This document shows positions 8,877 to 17,595 of a DNA stretch of 64,000 nt, piece after piece (the stretch's first letter is position 1; the number at the start of each line of letters is the position of its first letter). The DNA is from an uncultured virus (IMG/VR IMGVR_UViG_3300020197_000012) (taxonomy: Duplodnaviria; Heunggongvirae; Uroviricota; Caudoviricetes). The stretch is taken from the IMG/VR virus record IMGVR_UViG_3300020197_000012; one strand, written 5' to 3'. Made by a program: the position numbers and the translations under genes. Under the pieces are notes generated by a model. The model ran no database searches. It was not told the DNA's origin and worked only from the letters and a program-made list of their open reading frames with translations.

Positions 8877-8930
8877 TTGGGTATGTTCCAAACTTCGTAG
8901 AGACCGCACGAAAGTCTCAATACTATTTAT
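8845..8930 (-). ncRNA. Candidate late small structured RNA between regA and hsp20
   Basis: ATAAATA at 8924-8930, overlapping pairings GAGAC/GTCTC and TTTCGT/ACGAAG, then the terminator; no ORF. Confidence 0.4.
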
Positions 8931-9358
8931 TCTTCGGCTTTCTTTTTTTTACCAATATTATATTTGGTTTCAAGAGTCCACTCATCTTTTTCTTTGTAAG
9001 AAAGAACTTTGATTTGATTTAGTGGTGCAATGTCTAAGATTTTATCAACGTTTACAATTGTAATCAATCCCCAGTCAGCAAGTAATTGAGTAATACGATT
9101 ACGACGTTGAACATCGTTAACAGTTAAATTTGCATGTTTACCATCAAGGGCAAACAATTCTTTAAAGTGTACAATGTAATACTTGCCCTGTTTGTGAAGA
9201 ATGTGGCAAGATTGATAAAGTGTTTTTTCTTTTCTGCTTGCAACACCAATACGGGTAAGTGTTTCACGAACCTTCAAAAAATCATCAGGTTCATTCAAAA
9301 TAATTTCAACCATTTGGTCGGGAGACCAATGGACTTCAGGTTCTTGAACAACACTCAT
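8927..9358 (-). CDS. regA: Translational repressor RegA
   Basis: DDFLKVRETLTRIGVAS...LYQSCHILHKQGKYYIVHFKELFALDG, the RegA signature. Confidence 0.96.
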   Translation of the reverse strand: MSVVQEPEVHWSPDQMVEIILNEPDDFLKVRETLTRIGVASRKEKTLYQSCHILHKQGKYYIVHFKELFALDGKHANLTVNDVQRRNRITQLLADWGLITIVNVDKILDIAPLNQIKVLSYKEKDEWTLETKYNIGKKKKAEE

Positions 9359-9735
9359 TTTGTTCCTCCAATCTCAAATTTTGATTTAATAAAATTAATT
9401 TGTTCTTCAGTAAGAATTTTCAAAGCTTGTTCAGCCTTTTCATTACTATAACCATAGTAAGATTTGACTACATCAAGGTCTTTGATCTTATTTTTGTTTA
9501 GCCACGGAGAAAATCTCTTCCGTTTCCTGACAATATTTATATAAAAATCATATTGTAGCTTTTTGTCCAAGCTATGATTCATATTCATTTCATTTGCATA
9601 TAGCACAGTATCAATATGCCCAGACATACACTTGTTAATAATGAATGGAGGATATTCTTTAGTAACAGATGAATCTTCGTCTAAAATATTTTGCTTTGTA
9701 CTATTGATAGAATTTAACCAATCCTTCAGTTCCAT
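9355..9735 (-). CDS. gp62: Clamp loader small subunit (T4 gp62)
   Basis: MELKDWLNSIN...YPPFIINKCMS...RKRKRFSPW...YYGYSNEKA; start at 9735, not 9816. Confidence 0.93.
   Translation of the reverse strand: MELKDWLNSINSTKQNILDEDSSVTKEYPPFIINKCMSGHIDTVLYANEMNMNHSLDKKLQYDFYINIVRKRKRFSPWLNKNKIKDLDVVKSYYGYSNEKAEQALKILTEEQINFIKSKFEIGGTK
9534..9541 (-). promoter_or_regulatory. Late promoter TATAAATA inside gp62, upstream of regA
   Basis: Perfect T4 late consensus about 175 nt upstream of regA; could be coincidental. Confidence 0.4.
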
Positions 9736-9738
9736 ACT

Positions 9739-9770
9739 ATTTAAAGTTACACTCCACCATAATTTCAGTT
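9739..9770 (-). repeat. Direct repeat, copy 2 of the gp44 3' end
   Basis: 30/32 identical to 10279-10310. Confidence 0.9.
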
Positions 9771-10280
9771 TGCAGTATCCAATTTTTTTATAATAAAATT
9801 TTTGGTATGTCTCCATTTACCATTAACAACTTTATGAGCGGATATTCTATTCACATTATTTTCTTCACACCATTGTTTTAAATTAAATATTTTAAATATC
9901 TCACCTGTTTTCCTATTTTCAATAACATACCATTTAGCATTACAGTCAACTAACTTATGTTTAGAATACTGCATATTATAACATCTGTCACACCATTCTA
10001 AATTGCTAGAGCAATTATTTGATTTATCTTCATCTTTATGATTTATTTCAGTATAATTATTTGGGTTTGAAACAAATATATCAGCAATAAATTTATGATG
10101 TAAAATTTGTATTCGTTGTTTTTGATAGCATAAACCCAATAAGTAGTATCCAGTGTTTAAACGCATCGGGTTTAGTTGTTTAATTCTACCAGATTTAAAT
10201 TTTTTACTGTAAACACCACCATCTTCAGTTCCATAATAATCTTTGTATAATGGATGTTGTTTTAAATTTAAATTCTTCAT
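9765..10280 (-). mobile_element. Free-standing HNH homing endonuclease gene
   Basis: HHKFIADIF...EINHKDEDKSNNCSSNLEWC HNH motif, NUMOD4-like N-terminus, HTH-like C-terminus; inserted between gp44 and gp62. Confidence 0.9.
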
Positions 10281-11224
10281 TTAAAGTTACACTCAACCAT
10301 GATTTCAGTTAGTGCTGCTAGGAGGTTAATTTCCTGATCAGCCACGAACGCACATTGGTATTGATACTTAGCAATAATAAGAACGGCAGCGGGGATAGAG
10401 GAGGGTGAAAGGCAACTATAACAGGCGTCATAAATCCTGCGAAGTAAACTAGAAGAATCGTTGTCCAAGTTGGAGACCACCCACTTTCTGACTTCAGTAA
10501 AGTTTTTTTCTTTGAGATATTTAGTGAGATCATCTACTTTTACATCAAAAAAACAATTAAGAATACCAGAATCAATTTCACCACCAGCAGAGTATCGTTG
10601 ACACTCATTTAAAACTCGTCGCCAATCAGGAAAGTGTTTATTGACTAATTCAATAACAACCTTTGGATCATTTTTAATACCCTCTTCCTTAAGAATAAAC
10701 CTGAGACGCTTGTAAAATTCTGCTGCAAGTTGTGCTTTTTCTTTTCCTTTAATTGAAAAGTCAATAACGGCACATCTGGAGTGGAGGGGTTCGATGATCT
10801 TGTTCTTGTAGTTGCAAGTGAAGATGAATCGACAGTTGTTATAAAACGTCTCAATATTAGCCCGTAGGGAGAGTTGAACATCGTGGGTTGTGTTATCAGC
10901 CTCATCAATGATGATGACTTTGTGTTTAGCATCCGAGTGAAGTGAGACGGTCGAAGCAAAGTTTTTTGCTTTGTTCCGTACCGTGTCCAAAAATCGTCCT
11001 TCATCAGATCCATTGATGACATAGCAATCAGCTCCTATTTCTTCACATAATGCTTTTGCAACCGTAGTTTTACCAATTCCAGGAGGCCCAGAAAGGAGAA
11101 GATTTGGAATTTCTTTATCAGCTAGAAACTCCATGAAAGACTTTTTGTTAGATTCTGGGAGAATGCAATCTTCAATTTTACGTGGGCGGTACTTTTCCAC
11201 CCACAGGAAATCATTAGTTGTCAT
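10277..11224 (-). CDS. gp44: Clamp loader large subunit (T4 gp44)
   Basis: LWVEKYRP, GPPGIGKTT, IIIDEAD, SRC motifs of RFC-type ATPases. Confidence 0.96.
   Translation of the reverse strand: MTTNDFLWVEKYRPRKIEDCILPESNKKSFMEFLADKEIPNLLLSGPPGIGKTTVAKALCEEIGADCYVINGSDEGRFLDTVRNKAKNFASTVSLHSDAKHKVIIIDEADNTTHDVQLSLRANIETFYNNCRFIFTCNYKNKIIEPLHSRCAVIDFSIKGKEKAQLAAEFYKRLRFILKEEGIKNDPKVVIELVNKHFPDWRRVLNECQRYSAGGEIDSGILNCFFDVKVDDLTKYLKEKNFTEVRKWVVSNLDNDSSSLLRRIYDACYSCLSPSSIPAAVLIIAKYQYQCAFVADQEINLLAALTEIMVECNFK
10279..10310 (-). repeat. Direct repeat, copy 1 (functional 3' end of gp44)
   Basis: Encodes TEIMVECNFK; duplicated 540 bp downstream. Confidence 0.9.
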
Positions 11225-11241
11225 AATAAAGAAAAAATAAA

Positions 11242-11925
11242 TTAAGATTCAATGTTAGAATCAGGTTCAAGTGCCACAAAGTAAACAAGGTTCATATTCT
11301 TGTTTGTGAACTTTGCCATTTGAGGACACATCACAACTTCATATCGTCCAGGAAGAATCTTAATATTTTCTGATTTAAAGTTGAGAGTAAATACAGAGCT
11401 AGTTTCACCAACATCAATCGAAAACTCATTTGATGTTGCATTCTCTTTATCACGAACTAGAAGACTAATTCGCTCACCATTTCCAACTGCAGTAAGATCT
11501 GGAAGATCATAAACATTACCAGCTTTCAAAAGTTTATCCAATTGACCAGAAGCCAATTCAAAGCAAACATCCTCTGAAGGAAGAGAAAGATTTTTATCTG
11601 GAGGACTTACAATTACACTGGGATCGGAAAAGTAGTATTTTGTAGTATGACCATCACCTTTAATCAAAAGGTATGAAGATCCTTCAAAAAGAATTTCTGG
11701 ATCATTGTGAATGCTCAGTCCCGAAAGAAATTGACTTAAATCATAAATGCCAAAGTCCTTAGGAATTGATTCAGTAATTGTTGCTTCAGCAAAGATATTC
11801 TTCATTACTGAAACAGTACGAATTTTATTTCCAGCTTTGAATAGCAGTGATTGATTAATACTGGCAAAGTTTTTAAGCAGATCAGTGGTCTTTTCAGAAA
11901 GTTTCATAGGTTCTCTGAGTTTCAT
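11242..11925 (-). CDS. gp45: Sliding clamp (T4 gp45)
   Basis: MKLSEKTTDLLKNFASINQSLLF, FGIYDLSQFL, C-terminal YFVALEPDS; start at 11925 or 11907. Confidence 0.95.
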   Translation of the reverse strand: MKLREPMKLSEKTTDLLKNFASINQSLLFKAGNKIRTVSVMKNIFAEATITESIPKDFGIYDLSQFLSGLSIHNDPEILFEGSSYLLIKGDGHTTKYYFSDPSVIVSPPDKNLSLPSEDVCFELASGQLDKLLKAGNVYDLPDLTAVGNGERISLLVRDKENATSNEFSIDVGETSSVFTLNFKSENIKILPGRYEVVMCPQMAKFTNKNMNLVYFVALEPDSNIES

Positions 11926-11927
11926 AA

Positions 11928-12215
11928 TCAATTAAATTCTGGGCGGTAGTCCTGATTGAGTAAATGTTCACGTTTTTCAGGATCAATAAATTGACGTTTC
12001 ACACCACGACTGGAATAACCAGATCCCTTTTGTGCTCTCACAAGAGCGGTGTTAACCTCTTCATACAAATTTTTATAGATTGTATAATTTGTATCTTTCA
12101 TCATATAAACTTTATTATCATGATCATTTAGCAAAGCAGCAAAAGCGTCAAGCACACGATTTGCTTTAACTGTGCCAAATTTAAGAACAACTTCAACTTT
12201 TGGATTTTTTGACAT
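11928..12215 (-). CDS. Hypothetical protein
   Basis: Start MSKNPKVEVV at 12215 with AAGGAG RBS; 95 aa. Confidence 0.7.
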   Translation of the reverse strand: MSKNPKVEVVLKFGTVKANRVLDAFAALLNDHDNKVYMMKDTNYTIYKNLYEEVNTALVRAQKGSGYSSRGVKRQFIDPEKREHLLNQDYRPEFN

Positions 12216-12241
12216 TGTAGTACTCCTTTTAAATAAAATAA

Positions 12242-12676
12242 TCAACGGAATTCAGTAAGACCATTATCTTGACGGGAATAATGCCCGTCAAAGTGTAGCA
12301 GAAGCATAGCATAGTGAATCACTTTGAGCAAGTCACGCTTATTGCGTCCATCTTTATCACCATAGCGACTACCATACTTCAGGATGTTTGCCTGACAGAA
12401 ATGTGCGGCAAGGTCTTTTGCTGCCATCAGGTCAATTGTTTGCGTGTCTTTATATGCCTGGTTGTGACCACAATAGTGACTGCTATAAGTTCCAGTCACA
12501 TAGTCCTGAATATCTTTCAGGATTTTATCCTCATTATATTTCCAAAGATGATTTGGGGATTCAGTCATGGTAATTTTGTCAATTGAATAAGTAGCGGGAA
12601 CCTTATCAAGGTTAAGTGTTCCACCCCCGCCTTCGCTAAGGGTGAATTCATAATGTGAATAAAGATGTTCGTCCAT
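12242..12676 (-). CDS. DUF3310-like conserved phage protein
   Basis: TYSSHY...QTID...FCQANILKYGSRYGDKDGRNKRDLLKVIHYA; start uncertain (12676 or 12568), downstream of a sigma70 promoter. Confidence 0.75.
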   Translation of the reverse strand: MDEHLYSHYEFTLSEGGGGTLNLDKVPATYSIDKITMTESPNHLWKYNEDKILKDIQDYVTGTYSSHYCGHNQAYKDTQTIDLMAAKDLAAHFCQANILKYGSRYGDKDGRNKRDLLKVIHYAMLLLHFDGHYSRQDNGLTEFR

Positions 12677-12710
12677 AATAAAGGAGAAGGTGATAAATTT
12701 ACCTTCCCCA

Positions 12711-12739
12711 ATTATATCAGAAAAAAATTTATTCGTCAA
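12711..12739 (-). promoter_or_regulatory. Sigma70-type early promoter
   Basis: TTGACG-N17-TATAAT. Confidence 0.8.
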
Positions 12740-13829
12740 CTTGTTCGGTGGGCATTTCAAAATCAGCATCCACCTTGTCGTACAGTTCCAGGAAGGACTG
12801 TTTGGTTTCGTCATCAAAACGATTTACACACATCTGAATTGCCTTGGCTTTGTTATCGAAGATGCTGTAGGCATGGATGATGTGAACCAGACGGCGAGTA
12901 CTGATGATTTCCTCAATACCACCATCGTAAAAGGTCTTACGAATGTTGTCAGCCCAATCAACAAGACGTTTACAGAAGTCAACATCAGTCACTCCCAGAG
13001 TCTGTGAAATCTTTTCAAGGATTCGTTGTTCAACAGATGGAGCGGGGTATTCTTGCTCAAAGGTAACAGGGAAGCGTTCCAGGAAGGCTTCGTTGAGAAC
13101 GTTGGTGCCGATGAACCGACCATCATCAGAACCCTTGCCTTTGGTGTTTGCAGTGGCGATGACGTTGAAACCAGGGGCAGGTTTCACGAAACGACCGATC
13201 TTTTTCAGGAATACACCCTTACCCTCTAGCACCGACTGAAGGCAGAGAATTTTGTTTGAGGCAAGGTCAATCTCATCGAGGAGCAAAATCGATCCCCGCT
13301 CCAGTGCTTCGATGACTGGACCATTATGCCATGCAGTCTCACCATTCACAAGACGAAAACCACCAATCAGATCATCCTCATCAGTCTCAATCGTGATATT
13401 GACACGAATCAACTCACGACCAAGTTGAGCACATGCTTGCTCCACCGAGAACGTTTTACCGTTACCCGAAAGACCCGTAATGAACGTTGGGTAAAAAAGA
13501 CGGGACTGAATAATTTTTTTAATATCGTTAAAGTTACCAAACTTGACGAAGGTATCATCTTTGTCAGGGATAAGATTTTGTTCAATTTGAGGGAGGACAG
13601 AAGGAGCATTAAAGGAACGTTCAATCTGTTTGACGTTTTCTTGAGTCACTTCCAGATTCCAACGACCACGATCAGTTTTAAAGTTTTCAAGGCGACGAGT
13701 CACAGTAGGATAGGACAAGTCTTTCATTGCACAATAGGCACGAACATCGGCAGAAGTAATCTCGGTGCCATACATGGACTTAAGATCTTCAATCATCTGC
13801 GTGTCAGTCATAATAATTTTCCGAGGCAT
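12729..13829 (-). CDS. cobS: CobS-like / MoxR-family AAA+ ATPase
   Basis: GLSGNGKT, LLLDEID, ATANTKGKG, LNEAFLERF, ISTRRL. Confidence 0.92.
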   Translation of the reverse strand: MPRKIIMTDTQMIEDLKSMYGTEITSADVRAYCAMKDLSYPTVTRRLENFKTDRGRWNLEVTQENVKQIERSFNAPSVLPQIEQNLIPDKDDTFVKFGNFNDIKKIIQSRLFYPTFITGLSGNGKTFSVEQACAQLGRELIRVNITIETDEDDLIGGFRLVNGETAWHNGPVIEALERGSILLLDEIDLASNKILCLQSVLEGKGVFLKKIGRFVKPAPGFNVIATANTKGKGSDDGRFIGTNVLNEAFLERFPVTFEQEYPAPSVEQRILEKISQTLGVTDVDFCKRLVDWADNIRKTFYDGGIEEIISTRRLVHIIHAYSIFDNKAKAIQMCVNRFDDETKQSFLELYDKVDADFEMPTEQVDE

Positions 13830-13858
13830 TGGGACAGGTGTTGAATGTCAACGAAGGT

Positions 13859-13918
13859 AATATAATCGAAAAAAAGGGGGCTGTAAAGCCCCCAGTAGAC
13901 AGTTTTGAAAGTGTCCAC
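13859..13918 (-). promoter_or_regulatory. Regulatory module: GACAGTT-N4-AAGTGTC palindrome, hairpin with T run, -10-like TATATT
   Basis: Same architecture and nearly the same spacing as the module at 17619-17677. Confidence 0.65.
13869..13893 (-). terminator. Intrinsic terminator
   Basis: GGGGGC-tttaca-GCCCCC followed by T7. Confidence 0.8.
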
Positions 13919-15376
13919 TCAACGCATGGATGGATTTCTTTCCTGAGCACTCAACGATGGATCACCATATTTATCTTCTGATCTTCTTTCTTGCCTTTGT
14001 CGTGTTTGTTGACGATAGACTGGTGACATTTTTTGTCTTTCAAGATCTGCAGCAGTTCCACTTTGTCTGGACATAATACTACGTGCTAATTTGTTACCTT
14101 TGTCAGAAAGACTTGGTAATGCTTTTTGCAACTTCAACAAAAGTTTTGTCACGGCAGCCTCATCCAATGCAGCCATCATAACTAAAGCATCCTGATTTGT
14201 GTCAACATATCCTTCCGAAATTAAATGTTCCATAACAATATCAAAGTAATCAACTTGTTCACCTCTTACTTTTGTGTTGTACTTTTTACCTTGGAACTCA
14301 AATTCTTTTGCACCAGAAGTTCTTGCCTTTTTAAAAGCAACATCAAAGTCACCAGCTACACTACCAGTTCCAACAATTTTAGGACCAACCTTTAAACGAT
14401 TTCTAACTCTACCATCCGTATCCATCGTGTTGTATTTGTTGACGCTGGATTCGGGACTGGACTTTTTTGCAGGATCTTTTACTAGTGGGGCAGCAGCACC
14501 AGCAGCAACAAGTGCAGCAGCAGCACCAGCAATCGCTCTTCTAGCTTTGTTTAAAGCATCTCCAGGAGAAGTCATTGCATTTGCTCTTGGGCGCACACCA
14601 GAACCAGGAGCAGCTTGAGCGGAAAGTCTTTGTGTACGGGCATCTCCACCTGCACCAGTTGCTCTAATATCATACCTCATGGTAGATGGTTTTGGAGCAG
14701 AAGTTTTACCAGCTGCGGGAAGTGCCCTTGTGGTAGTTGCTGATGTTCCTGGCAGTGCTCTAGTAGAAGGAATTGAAGCGGCAACTGGTTTAGGTAGACC
14801 GTATTGCTTTTGCTTTTTACTCATAAATTGTGTCCAAGGATCAGCAGCAGCACCTGTTACTTTTTTGGCTGCAGGAGCGGGTTTTGCTGCAGGCAATGCC
14901 TTCTGTGTTACAGCTTTTCCAATTTCTTTTTTAAATTGCATTGCTGCATACTTACCAGGAAGTTCTGGTTGTGCTGCTGGTCTTGCAGCTCTTGCAGCTC
15001 TAATTGATGTTGATGCAGCAGCACCTTTGACAACACTTTCAGGTTTTTTACCAAGTGCTGTTCCCGCTTTCAGTCCTGCCTTTAATCTACCACCAGAACT
15101 TAAAGCATTAATAACTGCTCGTAAAGCAGCTGCTTTATTTTCTCCAAGGAAATCTAATGACTCATTTAAATTTTCTACTTTATAATATTCTAAAAGAGCA
15201 ACTACAAACTCTTCAATAAGATCTTCGTTAATTAAATATTCTGCAAACTCTTCACACTCTTCAATCGTATCAAAACGATCCTCAACAATACACAAATTTA
15301 AAACTGAACTGTATAAGTCCTCTGTTAGATTATCTTCAGAGTTATACACACTGTAATATGCTTCTACGAGATTCAT
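13919..15376 (-). CDS. Late Ala/Lys-rich hypothetical protein, probable internal head protein
   Basis: 485 aa; acidic N-terminus then basic low-complexity body; FDVAFKKARTSGAKEFEFQGKKYNT and FDIVMEHLISEGY motifs; TATAAATA at 15398-15405. Confidence 0.75.
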   Translation of the reverse strand: MNLVEAYYSVYNSEDNLTEDLYSSVLNLCIVEDRFDTIEECEEFAEYLINEDLIEEFVVALLEYYKVENLNESLDFLGENKAAALRAVINALSSGGRLKAGLKAGTALGKKPESVVKGAAASTSIRAARAARPAAQPELPGKYAAMQFKKEIGKAVTQKALPAAKPAPAAKKVTGAAADPWTQFMSKKQKQYGLPKPVAASIPSTRALPGTSATTTRALPAAGKTSAPKPSTMRYDIRATGAGGDARTQRLSAQAAPGSGVRPRANAMTSPGDALNKARRAIAGAAAALVAAGAAAPLVKDPAKKSSPESSVNKYNTMDTDGRVRNRLKVGPKIVGTGSVAGDFDVAFKKARTSGAKEFEFQGKKYNTKVRGEQVDYFDIVMEHLISEGYVDTNQDALVMMAALDEAAVTKLLLKLQKALPSLSDKGNKLARSIMSRQSGTAADLERQKMSPVYRQQTRQRQERRSEDKYGDPSLSAQERNPSMR

Positions 15377-15397
15377 TTCTACATTAAGACTTTTTTT

Positions 15398-15405
15398 TAT
15401 TTATA
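15398..15405 (-). promoter_or_regulatory. Late promoter TATAAATA
   Basis: Perfect consensus about 20 nt upstream of the ATG at 15376. Confidence 0.8.
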
Positions 15406-15428
15406 AAAAAAGAGGGGACTAGCCCCTC
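15405..15428 (-). terminator. Intrinsic terminator
   Basis: GAGGGG-ctagt-CCCCTC followed by T7, right after the VWA gene stop. Confidence 0.8.
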
Positions 15429-17595
15429 AAGCAATCAGATCAATAAACTCATTAAGAACTTTTTTATTGAATTTTTTAGAACTCATATATTTTTTGAATG
15501 CGTTACGAATTTCAGTATTAGATGCATTGTCACTCACAACAAATGAAGTATCTGAAGAGAGTGAATTTGAAGAAAGTCCAAAGTAAGTATGATAACCTTC
15601 AGTGTGAATGGAAAAACTTCTCTGTTTCTTCCAACTATTTTGAACTTTAGTCATTGCAGTTTGGTCATTATTAAGATAACGACGCATAAAAGTATTAGCT
15701 TCACCAGAACCAAGAACTCGCATACCAATAAAATTTACATCAGGATAGCGATTACGAAGATATCGAAGAAGAATATCAGTAAAGCTAGTGTGAACATCGA
15801 TGTTTGGATTTGCTGCATACACATGCCCAGTTTTTCGATCTCGAAGAAAACACTTTTTAGGATTGAATGTACGAACCCCAACATACTCATTGAACTCAGT
15901 GCGACTAATGTTAACACAATAGTTTAAGGGACATGCTTCACCATCAGTGAGCACAAGAGTGTGAACTTTTTGAAGATTATTTTCTTTTTGAAACTGAGGA
16001 ATCAGTTGATTCAAAACAATCAAAGATTCATTCAAAGGAGTTCCAGACAAGCACAGACGACCTGGAACGCCATAAGTATTGTGCCAATAACGATTTTGAA
16101 GTTGACGAACAATACGATAAATTGAAAGCATTTGTTCATTCAATTCAACATTCTTGATCTTGCTGGTGAACAAATTCATCAGAGCAAAGTCAGGCTGAAC
16201 ATAAAGATGCCCTTGAATTTTTTTATGATGCGGGGTCGGAACATCAGATCGATGATGCTCATTGTAAGTTACACAACGCCACTCGTTTGTGAAAGCATAA
16301 ACTTCAAAAGGAATAGAAACTTTCTTACAGAACCAAATCAAGTTATAAAGTTGCTTGATAGTATCGGTAAGAACTTTATCCATAGAACCAGACCAGTCAA
16401 GAATAAAAATCAGACCATGACTCTTGCCGTCAGCAAGAGTTGTAACTTTTTTAAACAGATCTTCGTTGTACTTATAAGTATGCAGTTTAGAACAATCAAG
16501 AACTCCAGTACGAGCAGTAGAAGCACGAGCATAACTATCTGCTGCTTTCCGACACTCAAACTCTTTCACAAGATAGTTGACTTCTTTCTGAGCAGATTGT
16601 TTGAATTCTGCATACTCCCTATCAACATGAACAAAAGGATTGTAATCATTGCCACTATGCCTCTCATTATGTTCCCTTTCTATTTGCCAATATTTTTGAA
16701 TTACATCATGAATCTCAAAGTTAGGTGCAATCACAGTATTAAGATCTAGAGTCGGAAGTTCCGTGTAGACATTTTCATCCACCCAATTATCCTTACTAGA
16801 AAGTTCTTCAATGGCATCACGAAGACGTTGATCGGTTTTAACCTCATTGTTGTCATGTTGACCACCAATATTATCTTTTGTAATTTCTTTTTCTTGACAG
16901 TTATCTACATGCTTAGGTTGATCATCAACACCAGAATCGGATTCAACTTTTTCAATCGATTCAGATTCCGACTGTTCCATATCAACAGAACTTTCTGACT
17001 GTTGAGGTTGGTTTTCTAGGAAAATGGAAATGCTTTCACTTTCAGTTTTGGTTTCCTGAGAGAGCTTGTGCATTTCTTCTGCTGCAATCAAAACATCAGC
17101 AAAAGATTCACAGTTTTCAATAAGAGTCAGCAATTGTTTTTCAGCATCACTAAAGTTGACACTAATGAAATTTCCAATTTTATAGTAAAGGTTTACACGA
17201 TCTGCAAGAGAGTAAGTATTATGATCTTCATCGCCAATTGAAAAGAAATCATCTTGATTCAGTTCTTTGTAACCATTGAACATGGTTTTAGCCAAACCAG
17301 CATAACGACGCTTCATCAATTTTTCGATGCGAGCATCTTCAACAATATTGACATACGACTGAGGAACTTTCACAACAGTCGTCCAATCTTCATCGGGGGT
17401 ATAAAGTGCATGTCCCACTTCATGCGCCACCAGCATGTCGTATACGGCGTTAGAAGCCCTTTCCCAAAGTGGAAGGGTCAGAACACGGGTGTGTACATTA
17501 AAACACGCTGTAGAAACCTTCTTGTGCTCTACAATGAGGTCTTCGGTAGCAAGCAGGCGGGCAAGCTGACCTTTGATTTCGTAGTTAACAGCCAT
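15427..17595 (-). CDS. CobT-like protein: N-terminal HExxH metallopeptidase domain plus C-terminal VWA domain
   Basis: VAHEVGHALYT and NIVEDARIE; MIDAS motif ILDWSGSM, SGTPL, LTDGE; acidic linker. Confidence 0.88.
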   Translation of the reverse strand: MAVNYEIKGQLARLLATEDLIVEHKKVSTACFNVHTRVLTLPLWERASNAVYDMLVAHEVGHALYTPDEDWTTVVKVPQSYVNIVEDARIEKLMKRRYAGLAKTMFNGYKELNQDDFFSIGDEDHNTYSLADRVNLYYKIGNFISVNFSDAEKQLLTLIENCESFADVLIAAEEMHKLSQETKTESESISIFLENQPQQSESSVDMEQSESESIEKVESDSGVDDQPKHVDNCQEKEITKDNIGGQHDNNEVKTDQRLRDAIEELSSKDNWVDENVYTELPTLDLNTVIAPNFEIHDVIQKYWQIEREHNERHSGNDYNPFVHVDREYAEFKQSAQKEVNYLVKEFECRKAADSYARASTARTGVLDCSKLHTYKYNEDLFKKVTTLADGKSHGLIFILDWSGSMDKVLTDTIKQLYNLIWFCKKVSIPFEVYAFTNEWRCVTYNEHHRSDVPTPHHKKIQGHLYVQPDFALMNLFTSKIKNVELNEQMLSIYRIVRQLQNRYWHNTYGVPGRLCLSGTPLNESLIVLNQLIPQFQKENNLQKVHTLVLTDGEACPLNYCVNISRTEFNEYVGVRTFNPKKCFLRDRKTGHVYAANPNIDVHTSFTDILLRYLRNRYPDVNFIGMRVLGSGEANTFMRRYLNNDQTAMTKVQNSWKKQRSFSIHTEGYHTYFGLSSNSLSSDTSFVVSDNASNTEIRNAFKKYMSSKKFNKKVLNEFIDLIA

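Noticed and set aside
9736..9816. Extended N-terminus of gp62 in the ORF track
   Set aside because: It overlaps the HNH gene and the duplicated gp44 end; the recognisable protein begins MELKDWLNSIN at 9735.
9765..10280. Group I intron around the HNH gene
   Set aside because: gp44 is complete with its own stop, and the HNH ORF fills the interval, leaving no room for a ribozyme core.
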